The translations under genes were made by a program, and so were the position numbers. Shown here in pieces: positions 38,354 through 49,139 of a stretch of DNA of 64,000 nucleotides. Under the pieces are notes generated by a model, which searched no databases, was not told the origin of the DNA, and worked only from the letters and a program-made list of their open reading frames with translations. This stretch comes from Syntrophorhabdaceae bacterium (GTDB lineage: Bacteria; Desulfobacterota; Syntrophorhabdia; Syntrophorhabdales; Syntrophorhabdaceae). The DNA lies in contig OY762209.1 in assembly GCA_963665295.1 (NCBI GenBank), positions 1,600,001 through 1,664,000 of the forward strand, read 5' to 3'. The number at the start of each line of letters is the position of its first letter. Position 1 is the stretch's first letter.

Positions 38354-40371
38354 AAAGAGAGGTTTTGGGCATAAGTCTGGCCGGTGTCTTCCTGTTCCTC
38401 CTGGTGAGCCTTCTTTCCTACCATCCCTTCGACCCGTCCTTCAATACCGTTACCGAGACCGCGGCAAAGAACCTCTGCGGCAAGGTAGGTTCCTACATAG
38501 CCGATATTCTTGTGCAGATATTCGGCATGGTGAGTTATCTCTTCCCTGCTTTCGCCCTCCTTTTCTCCGTCTTCTACCTGAGAAAGAAGGAGCCCCCTCA
38601 TCCGCTCATCCTCTCTGCGGGACTTGTCCTTCTCTTCCTATCCCTCTCCGCGCTCCTCCAGGTCATGATAGGGAAGATACGGCTCTCCGGCATCGACATG
38701 CCTTTTTCCGGGTTCCTCGGTTCCCTCCTCGAACGGACCTTCATGGCCCTCTTCGGCATTTTCGGGGGCGTTCTCATATCTCTCATCCTCCTTCTCATCT
38801 CCTTCTTCCTCATCGTCCAGGCGCCTATCCTCTCGATCATAGAGAAGAACATGGCCCGGCGGAAACCTCTCGAACGGAGAAAGGAGATCAAGGTCACCGA
38901 GGAAAAGAAGGTGGAGCAGCCGAAGGCGGTGGAGAAGAAGCCCGTCCAGGAATCCTTCGAATTTTTTGACCAGGTGGGTCCTTACAAACTGCCCGCCATC
39001 GCCCTTCTCGATCCTGTGGAGAGAAAAGAGGTGAAAGTAGACAAAGAGAGCATCCAGTACAATGCTCAGACATTGGAAAAGAAACTGAAGGACTACGGGA
39101 TCGATGGAAAGGTATGCGAGGTGCGGCCCGGCCCCGTGATCACCATGTATGAGTTCGAGCCCGCCGCGGGTATAAAGGTGAGCAGGATATCGAACCTTGC
39201 CGACGACCTCGCCATGGCGCTCTCCGCCGTATCCATCAGGATCATCGCGCCCATTCCCGGGAAGGCGGTAGTGGGGATAGAAATCCCGAACAAGAGCCGG
39301 CAGACCGTCTATTTCAGGGAGATCATAGAATCGGAGACCTTCGCGGCTTCCCATTCATATCTCACCCTCACCGTAGGCAAGACTATCGCAGGCGACCCTT
39401 ATGTGGCGGACCTCGCGAAGATGCCCCACCTCCTCGTTGCCGGAGCCACCGGCTCGGGAAAGAGTGTCGCCTTGAACAGCATGATATGCAGCATACTCTT
39501 CAAAGCGACCCCCATGAACGTGAAGTTTCTGATGATCGACCTCAAGATGCTCGAGCTTTCCTTTTATGACGACATCCCCCACCTCCTCCTCCCCGTGGTT
39601 ACGAATGCCAAGAATGCGAAGACATCCCTCAAATGGATGACGGAAGAGATGGAACGGCGCTACGCCATGATGGCGGAAAAAGGGGTAAGGAGCATAGAAA
39701 AATACAACCAGAAGATGGCGAAAACCGAGGGAGGGGAGACTATACCCTACATCGTGGTGGTCATAGACGAACTTGCCGACCTCATGATGGTATCCCCGAA
39801 AGAGGTGGAGGAGTATATTGCGCGTCTTGCCCAGATGGCGCGGGCCTCCGGCATACACCTTATCCTCGCTACCCAGCGCCCTTCCGTGGATGTGCTCACG
39901 GGTATCATAAAGGCAAATTTTCCCGCCAGGGTGGCGTGCAAGGTGTTCTCCAAGGTGGATTCCAGGACCATCCTCGACACGAACGGGGCGGAAAGCCTGC
40001 TCGGATACGGGGACATGCTTTTCCTGAGCCCCGGCGTGGGAAGGCTCCAGAGGCTGCACGGCCCCTTCGTATCGGAAGCCGAGATAAAGAGGATCGTGGA
40101 GTTCCTTAAGGCGCAGGGAACCCCCTCGTACCAGAGCGAGATACTGGAGGAGAAAGACGAAGAGGAGACCGAGGAAGAAGTAAACGACGAGAAATACAGA
40201 GAGGCCGTGGAATTTGTCATGGACAAAGGAGAAGCCTCCATCAGCATGGTCCAGCGCCGCTTCAGAATAGGCTACAACCGCGCCGCCAGGATCATAGAAC
40301 GGATGGAACGTGAGGATATAGTAGGACCTTCGGATGGGGTAAAGCCCAGGGAGGTGCTGAAACGAAGGTAG
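38338..40371 (+). CDS. ftsK: DNA translocase FtsK
   Basis: N-terminal TM domain, PHLLVAGATGSGKS, IDELADLM, ATQRPSVD, gamma domain QRRFRIGYNRAAR. Confidence 0.96.
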   Translation: MSGDLKREVLGISLAGVFLFLLVSLLSYHPFDPSFNTVTETAAKNLCGKVGSYIADILVQIFGMVSYLFPAFALLFSVFYLRKKEPPHPLILSAGLVLLFLSLSALLQVMIGKIRLSGIDMPFSGFLGSLLERTFMALFGIFGGVLISLILLLISFFLIVQAPILSIIEKNMARRKPLERRKEIKVTEEKKVEQPKAVEKKPVQESFEFFDQVGPYKLPAIALLDPVERKEVKVDKESIQYNAQTLEKKLKDYGIDGKVCEVRPGPVITMYEFEPAAGIKVSRISNLADDLAMALSAVSIRIIAPIPGKAVVGIEIPNKSRQTVYFREIIESETFAASHSYLTLTVGKTIAGDPYVADLAKMPHLLVAGATGSGKSVALNSMICSILFKATPMNVKFLMIDLKMLELSFYDDIPHLLLPVVTNAKNAKTSLKWMTEEMERRYAMMAEKGVRSIEKYNQKMAKTEGGETIPYIVVVIDELADLMMVSPKEVEEYIARLAQMARASGIHLILATQRPSVDVLTGIIKANFPARVACKVFSKVDSRTILDTNGAESLLGYGDMLFLSPGVGRLQRLHGPFVSEAEIKRIVEFLKAQGTPSYQSEILEEKDEEETEEEVNDEKYREAVEFVMDKGEASISMVQRRFRIGYNRAARIIERMEREDIVGPSDGVKPREVLKRR

Positions 40372-40382
40372 GAGTTCTACCC

Positions 40383-40919
40383 AGCTTGCACGGCAAGCGA
40401 GAAGGGGAGGCTCCACGGGCTTATGCTCGTGGAGGGGGCGACGCAAGCCCCTTTTACTGCAACGGATGGAGAGAGAAGATATAGTGGGGCCTTCCGATGG
40501 GGTAAAGCCGCGGGAAGTGTTAAAACGAAGGTAGACGCTCTACCCCCAAATTGCAACAGAGGTAGGAGCTTTTTTGAACAAACATGGTGACGCGAATCAA
40601 ATTTGAATGCAACGGATGGAAAGAGAGGATATAGTAGGACCTTCCGATGGCGTAAAGCCGCGGAAAGTGTTAAAACAAAGGTACGAGTTTCAAAACAAAC
40701 ATAGTGAGATGGATCCGAATTTAGCTTGCACCGCAAGCGAGAAGGGGAGGCTCCATGGGCTTATGCTCGTGGAGGGGGCGACGCAAGCCCCTTAAACTGC
40801 AACAAAGGTAAGAGTTTCAAAACAAACATGGTGACACGAATCTAAATTTAGCTTGCACCGCAAGCGAGAAGGGGAGGCTCCGACAGCTTTGCTGCCGGAG
40901 GGGGCGACGCAAGCCCCTT
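40383..40919 (+). repeat. Mosaic intergenic region: three ~70-bp structured repeats and two displaced ftsK 3'-end fragments
   Basis: AGCTTGCACnGCAAGCGAGAAGGGGAGGCTCC...GGAGGGGGCGACGCAAGCCCCTT at 40383, 40723, 40850; ftsK-like fragments at 40463-40534 and 40613-40684. Confidence 0.88.
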
Positions 40920-40926
40920 TGAATGG

Positions 40927-41622
40927 ATGAAAGAAAAACCTGTGACAAAGTATTTTTCCGTGGCATTGGCAGTGCTTTTCGCCCTTGTCGCCGGGCTTAT
41001 GCCGGTGGGGCCGACCCATGCCCAGACGGAACGGACGCCCGCGACAACGCGTCCCGACGGCGCGTCTCCCTTCGAAGGGATCAAGAAGACCTATTCCGAA
41101 ATCGTTACCCTGGATGCGAAGTTTCACCAGAAGATTGTCATTGCAAGCCTGAAGAAGGAAAGGGAATCGGACGGGGAATTCTTTTACAAGAGGCACAAGG
41201 GGTTTCTCTGGAAATACAAGACACCCAAGGTCAAATACTTCCTTTACGACGGCAAGTACATCTGGCAGGGTGACGAGGAAAAGCCTTTCGTCATCAAAGA
41301 GAGGATCCGGAAAGAGAAGACCGGGGGCACATTCCTCGACCTCATAGAAGACATAGCCAAGATGGATGAAATCTTCACGCTGAGGCAGCAGAGCCGCTCC
41401 GGCGACTTCGAGGTCCTCGACCTCGTGCCGAAGAAAGAGGGGACGGTTACCTCGGCGAAGATCTGGATAGACAAACAGAACAGGGTGAAAAAGATAGAGA
41501 TCCACGAGTTCACGGGCAATACGAACGCCATAGAATTTTCGTCCATAAAGATAAACCAGTCCATGGACGACGGGAAATTCACCTTTAGGCCGGATAAGGA
41601 GAAGGAGGTCGTTGAGAGATAA
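40927..41622 (+). CDS. lolA: Outer-membrane lipoprotein carrier LolA-like protein
   Basis: Signal peptide, AKFHQ, FLWKYKTP, YDGKYIW, terminal FTF.P; ftsK-lolA synteny. Confidence 0.75.
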   Translation: MKEKPVTKYFSVALAVLFALVAGLMPVGPTHAQTERTPATTRPDGASPFEGIKKTYSEIVTLDAKFHQKIVIASLKKERESDGEFFYKRHKGFLWKYKTPKVKYFLYDGKYIWQGDEEKPFVIKERIRKEKTGGTFLDLIEDIAKMDEIFTLRQQSRSGDFEVLDLVPKKEGTVTSAKIWIDKQNRVKKIEIHEFTGNTNAIEFSSIKINQSMDDGKFTFRPDKEKEVVER

Positions 41623-41660
41623 CACGATGGAGGGAAATTCACTCTTTCACGGGGGTATCC

Positions 41661-42446
41661 ATGGCGCTCCATAAGGACGAAGCCATTGTCCTTTCCAAAC
41701 GGGCCTATGGGGAATCGGACCGGATCATACGGCTTTTTACCCTCACGTCGGGCAAAATATCCGCCATTGCGAAAGGAGCGAGCAAGAGCCGGAAACGGTT
41801 CAGCAACACCCTGGAACCTTTCAACCACATCAGGGTCGAGTATTTCGACAAACACGAAAAGGGTATGGTCAGGGTGGAGAACGCCGATATCGTGGAGACC
41901 AACAGCGGAATTGAAGCAAGTCTCAGGAGGGCGTCCACCGCGAGTTTCTTCACTGAATTTACGGACAGGCTCACAAAGGAGCGGGAGACCAACACCTCCC
42001 TCTTTTACACGCTGAAAGAAGTCCTGCGAGGGACAAAGGAGCGGGAATTCCCTTACGCCGATATCCTCTACTACGAGCTTAAGATGCTTGAAATCCTGGG
42101 GTACATGCCGAACTTCGGGGCCTGTGTCTATTGTGGGAAGGGCCTGCCCGACCACGTGAAACTATATTTTTCGAATGCAAGAGGCGGCATCCTTTGCCCC
42201 GCCTGCGTCAGGTCTCTGCCCCACAGAACCTATTCGGAGGGCACCATACCGAAGCTCGTCTCCGTGGGCAACGATCGCCATGGACCGTCCTGGGAGGTGC
42301 GTGACGGCGAGGGACTTCAGGAATCCGCTGCACCCGACGGCTTGAAGAGGTTCGAGAGAGAGGCGAGGGAGATTATGGAAGGCTTCATCTCATTCCACCT
42401 CGATGTCGAGTTCAAGTCATACAAGATATTGAAAAGCCTTATCTAG
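41661..42446 (+). CDS. recO: DNA repair protein RecO
   Basis: YGESDRII, AKGASKS, LEPF, zinc finger CVYC...CPAC. Confidence 0.93.
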   Translation: MALHKDEAIVLSKRAYGESDRIIRLFTLTSGKISAIAKGASKSRKRFSNTLEPFNHIRVEYFDKHEKGMVRVENADIVETNSGIEASLRRASTASFFTEFTDRLTKERETNTSLFYTLKEVLRGTKEREFPYADILYYELKMLEILGYMPNFGACVYCGKGLPDHVKLYFSNARGGILCPACVRSLPHRTYSEGTIPKLVSVGNDRHGPSWEVRDGEGLQESAAPDGLKRFEREAREIMEGFISFHLDVEFKSYKILKSLI

Positions 42447-42543
42447 CCGCGCGCCGGACTTACACTCCTCCTTGAAAAAACAGACCTTTTCCATCTATTG
42501 CGCCTGTACCGCGACATGATTACTGTTGTTACAGGAGGTGACA

Positions 42544-42975
42544 ATGAAAAAGGTTCTGATAATAATATTTCTCGCGTTTGCGGCGGTTTTCGTTCATATG
42601 GCTGTCCAGGCGGACGACATACCCCGGATGACGAAAGAGCAACTAAGGGCGAGACTCGGCAGCCCGGACCTGGTAATCATCGATGTCCGGGTGCCTAACT
42701 CCTGGAAAAACAGCAACGACAAGATCAAGGGGGCCATTCGGGAGAACCCCATGGACGTACTTTCCTGGATCAAGAAGTATCCCGACAAGAACAAGACCTA
42801 TGTCTTTTACTGCAGCTGAGTGAAGGAAGCGACCAGTGCCAGTGTGGCACAGGATTTCATGATAGAGGGATACAAAAAGGTCTACGCCCTTTTGGGTGGA
42901 TGGGATGAGTGGGTGCAGGCGGGTTATGCAGTGGAAGGGGCTCACGTCGCCCCCTCTACCGGCAAAAGCCGGTAG
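42544..42975 (+). CDS. Exported rhodanese-like selenoprotein (CxU; TGA 42817-42819 read as Sec)
   Basis: Frame continues past TGA through the rhodanese C-terminal motif VYALLGGWDEWVQAGY to TAG 42973; hairpin 16 nt after TGA. Confidence 0.85.
42836..42850 (+). promoter_or_regulatory. Candidate bacterial SECIS hairpin
   Basis: GTGCC-AGTGT-GGCAC stem-loop just 3' of the in-frame UGA. Confidence 0.65.
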
Positions 42976-43225
42976 AGCCTCCCCCTCTCGCACGCCTTGC
43001 GTGCTGGGTGACGCTTGGACCTATGGGCTTGACCGGGTGCTTGGCGGGTAGAGCCTCCCCCTCTCGCACGTCTTGCTGGCGGGTGACACTTGGACCCATG
43101 GGCTTGTTCCCGATGGGACGGGTTGCCTCCCCCTCTCGCACGCCTTGCGTGCTGGGTGACAGTCGGACCCATGGGCTTGACCGGGCGCTTGGTGGGTTGA
43201 GCCTCCTCTTGCACGCCTTGCGTGT
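42935..43225. repeat. Inverted copy of the structured repeat followed by a degenerate 72-76 bp tandem array
   Basis: GCCTCCCCCTCTCGCACG-type units at 42977, 43053, 43125, 43201 (last one partial). Confidence 0.85.
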
Positions 43226-43814
43226 CGGGGGAGTGTAGCCTCTGCGCGGGCCGGGATATATCAGGCGGCGGACCGGAATCGGATTACACTCGCTTGATCA
43301 ACGAGTGGTTTGTGTTATTTACAGATGTCATACGCCGTGGTGCACGTTAAAATTTGGGAAGCCCGTATGGGTTTTCCAGGGAATTGTTGGAAAGATTGTT
43401 ATTGTTTTCAACAATTCCGACATTTCAATGGGCGAATCGGTTGGAATGGTGTGTGCGGTTATACGGTCGTCCCTCCTCCGGCGACGCTTGGGGGTCCGGT
43501 CTTCCCTTGTCGCTCCATGCGTGATCCGGGCACTTGGACAACAAATGCGACAGATATCTTGATAACCGGAAGATTGAACGGTATGCTGTACGTGAGACGT
43601 GCTGATACGGCATGTGAGGCGGCGTTGTTTCGGTGCGGGAAGCGCCTGCGGACGGCGCTTGAGGAAGAGATAGGGAGATATTGAGTTCGTCGTCGGCGGG
43701 TCCGCTGAGTCTGCATGGACGAGGCCCAGGGACGTTGATAGAGAAGGGTGGCTACAGGGTGGGAAACAGTTCGGAAGCAACTAAAGTCTTCGAATGGAAA
43801 GGTGACGTGGAGCA

Positions 43815-44084
43815 ATGGCAGACAACAACGTGATAGAGCTGAACAGAGGGAAGCAAGACCGGTCGGCGCCGTTGGAAGAGGTGCTGACGCGCATGTATAA
43901 TGACAAGAAACTCAACAATATATTGCATGAGCTCACCATGGCGGCAGATAAGATACTCCAGTCCTATGGCTACCAATATAAAGGGGAAGGGGACAGAGAC
44001 TTTGTAAAGGATAATACCCACAAGGTATTCCTGCAGTTGACAAGCCAGAATGTAAAGGTGAAGGAAAGTCCGGGACAAAAATGA
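43815..44084 (+). CDS. Hypothetical protein (89 aa)
   Basis: Protein-like composition (MADNNVIELNR...), purine-rich RBS. Confidence 0.6.
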   Translation: MADNNVIELNRGKQDRSAPLEEVLTRMYNDKKLNNILHELTMAADKILQSYGYQYKGEGDRDFVKDNTHKVFLQLTSQNVKVKESPGQK

Positions 44085-44174
44085 ACACGCAGTTAAAGAG
44101 GCTCGCGTGGCCCACCGGCAGGAGCCGTAGGCGCACTCAGGTGTCCGGCAGGATGGATCTCTCCCTGCGCGGAC

Positions 44175-44849
44175 TTACGGGACTGATGTGGCGAGCTTCA
44201 GGTATTCCCACATATGTTCCCCGTAGTATTTGCCGCTTTCATCCTTGTACCCCTGTTTGAACCCGCGGGAGAAATCCACCCTTCCCCGGTTGTATGCGAT
44301 GGCCACGTAGACCATCTCCTGGTCGGTGAGGGACGTCTTATCCCGGCCGTAGGTGCGCCGCAAGGCGGCTTTCAGTTCCGTGATACAGACGGCGAGGCAA
44401 TCTTCGAAGTTGTACCACCTTCTTTCGAGGAAATAATCCGGGTTTGTCCTGAAGAACTGGATATCGTACTGGAAGATTCCGAAACCATGACAGAACTTGT
44501 CCTTGTTGGCCTTTGCGACTTCGAAGTACCGGGAGGAATATTCCCCGAGGGATTCGAGGGCCCCCCGGGCCACGGCAAACATCTCACCGCCCCTGGGGAC
44601 GCTCAAAAGGTCGGCCTTGTTCTTGGGGAAAACTGAACGCTTTGGCGAATCCAGCGTATCTCCCACACAGAGCTTCAAGACTTCCCCCGCAGGGAGTCTC
44701 CGGTACAGGTCTCCCCATATGTAGTAGGTTTCCTGCATGGCCACGGCAGTGAGGAGGTTTGAGCTGAATGGGGTCCCCCCGAGGGCCGTCGTGATCCTGT
44801 CCCCGAACTCGCCTTTAAACCAGGTAACGGCTTCCGTCATTTTCGGCAT
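44175..44849 (-). CDS. Lysozyme-fold (G-type/GH23-like) protein
   Basis: MQET (putative catalytic Glu), HGFGIFQYD, AYNRG motifs; GGAGG RBS. Confidence 0.6.
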   Translation of the reverse strand: MPKMTEAVTWFKGEFGDRITTALGGTPFSSNLLTAVAMQETYYIWGDLYRRLPAGEVLKLCVGDTLDSPKRSVFPKNKADLLSVPRGGEMFAVARGALESLGEYSSRYFEVAKANKDKFCHGFGIFQYDIQFFRTNPDYFLERRWYNFEDCLAVCITELKAALRRTYGRDKTSLTDQEMVYVAIAYNRGRVDFSRGFKQGYKDESGKYYGEHMWEYLKLATSVP

Positions 44850-44948
44850 GATGTCGCCTCCGCGTTTAATCCATACCCGCGACGGGTATGGTCCGATGCC
44901 ACAGATTATACTGCGTTATCCATGGTTGGGAAAGGAAATAAGGGGCCA

Positions 44949-47900
44949 TCATTCCCGCAAGGGGGGCTGTTTCTTCCTTTTCTCCTCGTACATAAGGATA
45001 TCCGCCCTGGAGATAAGCTCGTCGAGGGACGTGGGGGCATAAGGGTCGAAATGGGCAAACCCCACGCTCAGGGAAAGCCGGTACCTGGCCGTTCCGGTAC
45101 TGTTGCGGGCGTCGAGGCAATGATCCAGGCGCGCCAGAGCCTCTCTGTCTCCGTCGGCGCCGCTTATGGCGAGAATTGCGAATTCATCTCCTCCCACACG
45201 GCCGATAACGTCCGATTTCCTGAAGGTCTCCCGGAGAACGTCCGCAACTCCCACAAGGGCCGTATCGCCTTCCCGGTGGCCCAGGGTATCGTTGATCCAC
45301 TTCATGCCGTCAAGGTCGATAAAGAAGAGGACCATAGTCTCCTTCGCCCTTTCCGAGCGGTTCAGTTGCTGTTGAGAGAGCGTGAGGAACCCCCTCCGGT
45401 TGAACAGGCCCGTAAGCTCGTCCACGACCGACATTGTCCGGAGCTTCTCCTCCATCTGCTTGCGCTGGGTGATGTCGCGGACCATGACCTGTATGAACGG
45501 TTCGCTGCCCAGTTCCACCGCGTTGAGGCTCACTTCGGCATCGAAGAAGGTCCCGTCATACCGCCGATGTTTCCACTCGAAAAACTGCGGGTTGCCTGTA
45601 AGGACTGCCCGGAACCTTCCGTGGACGCTCTTCTTCGAACCGGTGCCATCGGAATGGAAAGGCGGAAAGAACCTGTGCGAGGTCTCTCCGATAAGCTGAT
45701 CCCGGGTGCATCCATGCACCTCGAGGGCCTTTGGGTTGCAGTCGACGATGACGTCTCCTTTCAGAAGGATTATGGCGTCGTTGGAGCTTTCAAAGAGGGT
45801 CCTGTATCTCTTTTCACCCTCCTTGAGTTTCTCTTCGGCCTGTTTCCGCTCGGTGAGGTCTATCACGATCGACCTCAGGCCGGCGAGCCTCTTCTCGCGC
45901 AGAATGGGTTTCATGGTGACGAGTCCGGGCATCCTGGTGCCGTCTTTTCTGAGGAAGGTGTATTCGACGCCGCCCGTTCTTTCTCCATGGAGCCGCTCTT
46001 GTATGTCCTCCTCCGCCCGGCCGCGGTCTTCCGGGGCGATAGTCTGAAAGATGTTAAGCCCCCGGTCAAGGTCGTCTTTCGTGTAGCCGAACCGCTTGAG
46101 GCCCATGACATTGACGAATGTGAAGTTGCCCTCTTCGTCGGTTTCCGCCACCGTCTCCGGCAACTGGTCCACGAGTTCCCTGAACCTTTTCTCACTTTCC
46201 TTCAGCGCGTCCTCCGCTTCCTTGCGCCGTGTAATATCCTCGATGGTGCCTTCGTAGTACGCAGTCTCGCCGTCCGGACCCTTGACTGCCCGGGCGCTCA
46301 TGGAAATCCAGGCGGTGGTGCCGTCTTTTCTGTAACTTCGCACCTCGAACCTCTTTACGACAGCCTCCCTGTCGAGGAGGCCCTTGAGAGCGTTATGGTC
46401 TTCGGGGTTTACATAGAACAGCGAGGTGATATCAGTGACGGCGTGTATCATTTTCCGGGGGGAATCGTACCCGAATATGGCTGCAAGGACGGGGTTTGCG
46501 CTTATCAGGCGCCCATCGGGGGTTATCTGGAAGATGCCCTCCACCGCGTTCTCGAAGATGCCGCGATACTTGTCTTCCGCCCGGCGCAGGGTCTCCTCCG
46601 CATTCCTCCGCTCGGTGATGTCCCGTATCCCTTGTATGATCCCCGCAAATTCACCTTTGTCGTCGAAAAGAGGAGAGGCGGTGACCCACATGTGGGCCCC
46701 ACTTCCATTATAGAGGGCGGGGGTGAACACCTCGGCATAAAGGGTATTGCCTTGTCGCTTCACGTAATCGTACCGCGCCTCGAGTTCAGCCGATTCCTTC
46801 GTGATGAGGTCCATAATGAGGGGGCCCGGTCTTCCATAGAAGGGGGTGGCCGCTTCGTAATGGTCCCTTGTGAGGATATCCCTTTTCGCAAGCCTTGTTA
46901 TCTCTTCCATGGCGCGGTTCCACGCCACGATCCTGTATTTCTTGTCCACCACCACAGTCGCATCGGGGAGAAATTCGATTATATCCTTAAGGCGCCTATT
47001 TGCCCTTTCCAGCTTCTTTTCGACCAGTTTCCGCCCGGTGATGTCCTGAAGGGTTACCAGTACCGATGGACCTTCCCCTATGCTGAACCGGACCGTGGAA
47101 AGGAGGGCTACCGCCTCCCTCGCCTTTCCTCCGACGGTGTGGAGGAGGGTGACTTCCACCTGACGACAGGGGCGGCCGGTTTCCATGGTCTCCATAATGG
47201 AGTTGCGTACCGGACATTTCAGGCAAGAGGGAGCGAAACCGCAGCCCAGCGGATCATCCAGGGTATAAGGGCAGCCCAGCGCCTCTCCCGCCCGCCGGCC
47301 TATCAGGTCTGCGGCGGAGGAGTTGAGAAAGGACTCGGCATATTTGTTGACCTTGTAAACACGTCGCTGTCCGTCCACGAGAAGCATGATCACGGGGGCG
47401 TTGTCGTATATGGCGGCCAGCTCCTCTTCCCTCGTGCGGACCGCTTCCCGGGCACGTTTCCGCTCCGTGATGTCCCGCACGATTGCCTGGAGAAACATCT
47501 CTCCATCCAGTTCCAGGGCATTGAGGCTCACTTCGGCGTCGAAGGGGCTGCCGTCGAAGCGGCAGTGCTTCCATTCGAAGAATTGCGGGTCACCCGCAAG
47601 GGCCGCGTTCATTTTATCGCGAGCCTTTTCCTCTGAGTAGCGGCCGTCGGGCTGGAAGGTCGGGGAGAACCGGTGCGGAGGTTGCCCGATAATATGATCC
47701 CTCGTGCACTGGAACTCCTCGAGCGCCCTGGAGTTGCAATCGACAAACACGCCTCCCTTCGCTACGAATATGGCTGAGTTGGCGTTCTCGAAGAGGGTTT
47801 TGAATTTTGTCTCACTCCTCCTGACCGCCTCCTCCGCCTCTTTCCGGCGCGTAATATCTTCGACAGTGCCTTCGTAGTATGCGACTTCACCATCGTTGCC

Positions 47901-49010
47901 CCTCACCGCCCTGCCGTTCATGGACACCCACCGTATGCTCCTGTCCCTGCGGTAGATCCGGGCCTCGAAAGCCGATATCCAGCCCTGTTCTTCATAGAGT
48001 TTTTTGAGCCGGCCCCTATCCGCGGGGTCTACATACATGTCCTTTTGCACGTCGGAAACCATCGTGATCATGTCTTCAGGGGTGTCGAAACCGCACATTT
48101 TCGCAAGGGCGGGGTTGGCGCCGAGGATTCGTCCCTTCGGTGTGGTCTGGAATATGCCCTCCACGGCATTTTCAAAGATGTCCCGGTACTTGAGCTCGCT
48201 GTCCCGGAGTTTCTGTTCCGCCACCTTACGCGCCGTAATATCCCGGGCCGCGGCGAATACGCCGATGACGGCGCCCGACTCGTCCCTGTACACGGAAGCA
48301 TTGTAGCAGACCGGCGTTACATGCCCGTCCCTGTGCCTGATCTCAAGCTCGTAGTCCCGTACCACCCCTTCGTCAAATACCTGTTGATACCCTGCTTCCG
48401 CCTTCCCGGGCTCCGTGAAGTAATTCGAAAAGTCAGTGCCTACGAGCTCATCGCGCGAGTACCCGGTGACCGATTCCGTTGCGGTGTTCACATCGGTGAT
48501 CCTGCCGTCGGGTCCGATGGTGACCAGAGGATCGAGGCTCACCTCGATGAGACTCCTGTTGTAGGAGCTTCTTTTGCCGGAGGCGCTTTCGGCTGCCTTA
48601 CGCGCCGTAATATCCCTCGCAATGGCCGACGCGCCCGTGATCCTGCCGTGGTCGTCTCTTATGGGGGACAGGGTCAGGGACACGGATATTTTCGCTCCCT
48701 TCTTCGTGAGGCGCTCGGTTTCATGGTGTTCGACCCTGATGCCCTGTTTGAGGTCTCTCATGAACCGGTCATATTCGGATTGTCTGTCAGGGGGTATAAT
48801 CATGGCCACCGATCTGCCGACAGCCTCTTCCGCCGTGAACCCGTACAAGTTCTCGGCCCCGGTGTTCCAGCTCGTAATGGTGCCGTTCAAGTCCTTGCTT
48901 ATGATGGCATCATCCGATGATTCGACGATGGCGGCCAAGCGGATGCGTGTTTTTTGAGACCCTTCGTGACGCGAGCGGTCGCATTTTGAACCCGGTTTTT
49001 CGTGAAGCAT
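44949..49010 (-). CDS. Multi-PAS diguanylate cyclase
   Basis: Many PAS/PAC units ending in DITx[17 protein letters not shown]-site, GGDEF; start ATG 49010 with GGAGG. Confidence 0.92.
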   Translation of the reverse strand: MLHEKPGSKCDRSRHEGSQKTRIRLAAIVESSDDAIISKDLNGTITSWNTGAENLYGFTAEEAVGRSVAMIIPPDRQSEYDRFMRDLKQGIRVEHHETERLTKKGAKISVSLTLSPIRDDHGRITGASAIARDITARKAAESASGKRSSYNRSLIEVSLDPLVTIGPDGRITDVNTATESVTGYSRDELVGTDFSNYFTEPGKAEAGYQQVFDEGVVRDYELEIRHRDGHVTPVCYNASVYRDESGAVIGVFAAARDITARKVAEQKLRDSELKYRDIFENAVEGIFQTTPKGRILGANPALAKMCGFDTPEDMITMVSDVQKDMYVDPADRGRLKKLYEEQGWISAFEARIYRRDRSIRWVSMNGRAVRGNDGEVAYYEGTVEDITRRKEAEEAVRRSETKFKTLFENANSAIFVAKGGVFVDCNSRALEEFQCTRDHIIGQPPHRFSPTFQPDGRYSEEKARDKMNAALAGDPQFFEWKHCRFDGSPFDAEVSLNALELDGEMFLQAIVRDITERKRAREAVRTREEELAAIYDNAPVIMLLVDGQRRVYKVNKYAESFLNSSAADLIGRRAGEALGCPYTLDDPLGCGFAPSCLKCPVRNSIMETMETGRPCRQVEVTLLHTVGGKAREAVALLSTVRFSIGEGPSVLVTLQDITGRKLVEKKLERANRRLKDIIEFLPDATVVVDKKYRIVAWNRAMEEITRLAKRDILTRDHYEAATPFYGRPGPLIMDLITKESAELEARYDYVKRQGNTLYAEVFTPALYNGSGAHMWVTASPLFDDKGEFAGIIQGIRDITERRNAEETLRRAEDKYRGIFENAVEGIFQITPDGRLISANPVLAAIFGYDSPRKMIHAVTDITSLFYVNPEDHNALKGLLDREAVVKRFEVRSYRKDGTTAWISMSARAVKGPDGETAYYEGTIEDITRRKEAEDALKESEKRFRELVDQLPETVAETDEEGNFTFVNVMGLKRFGYTKDDLDRGLNIFQTIAPEDRGRAEEDIQERLHGERTGGVEYTFLRKDGTRMPGLVTMKPILREKRLAGLRSIVIDLTERKQAEEKLKEGEKRYRTLFESSNDAIILLKGDVIVDCNPKALEVHGCTRDQLIGETSHRFFPPFHSDGTGSKKSVHGRFRAVLTGNPQFFEWKHRRYDGTFFDAEVSLNAVELGSEPFIQVMVRDITQRKQMEEKLRTMSVVDELTGLFNRRGFLTLSQQQLNRSERAKETMVLFFIDLDGMKWINDTLGHREGDTALVGVADVLRETFRKSDVIGRVGGDEFAILAISGADGDREALARLDHCLDARNSTGTARYRLSLSVGFAHFDPYAPTSLDELISRADILMYEEKRKKQPPLRE

Positions 49011-49139
49011 GACGCCTCCCATCGAGAACCGTAGGTATCGGCAATGGCCGGATAGGGTTATTCTACCCCTGAATCGAAGTCTTGTCAAACTGCAAGGAGG
49101 TCCTGGGTGAACTCCCCTGAAACGAGGAGTTCCCGGTCT

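Noticed and set aside
40607..40795. 62-aa ORF beginning MQRMEREDIVGPSDG as a real gene
   Set aside because: A chimera of an ftsK fragment and the repeat with no clear SD; treated as a relic
40383..40919. Possible CRISPR array with self-targeting ftsK spacers
   Set aside because: Repeats are about 70 bp, irregularly spaced, and the intervening modules are themselves repeated
42977..43225. Possible CRISPR array
   Set aside because: Units are similar along their whole 72-76 bp length with no unique spacers, and no cas genes are present
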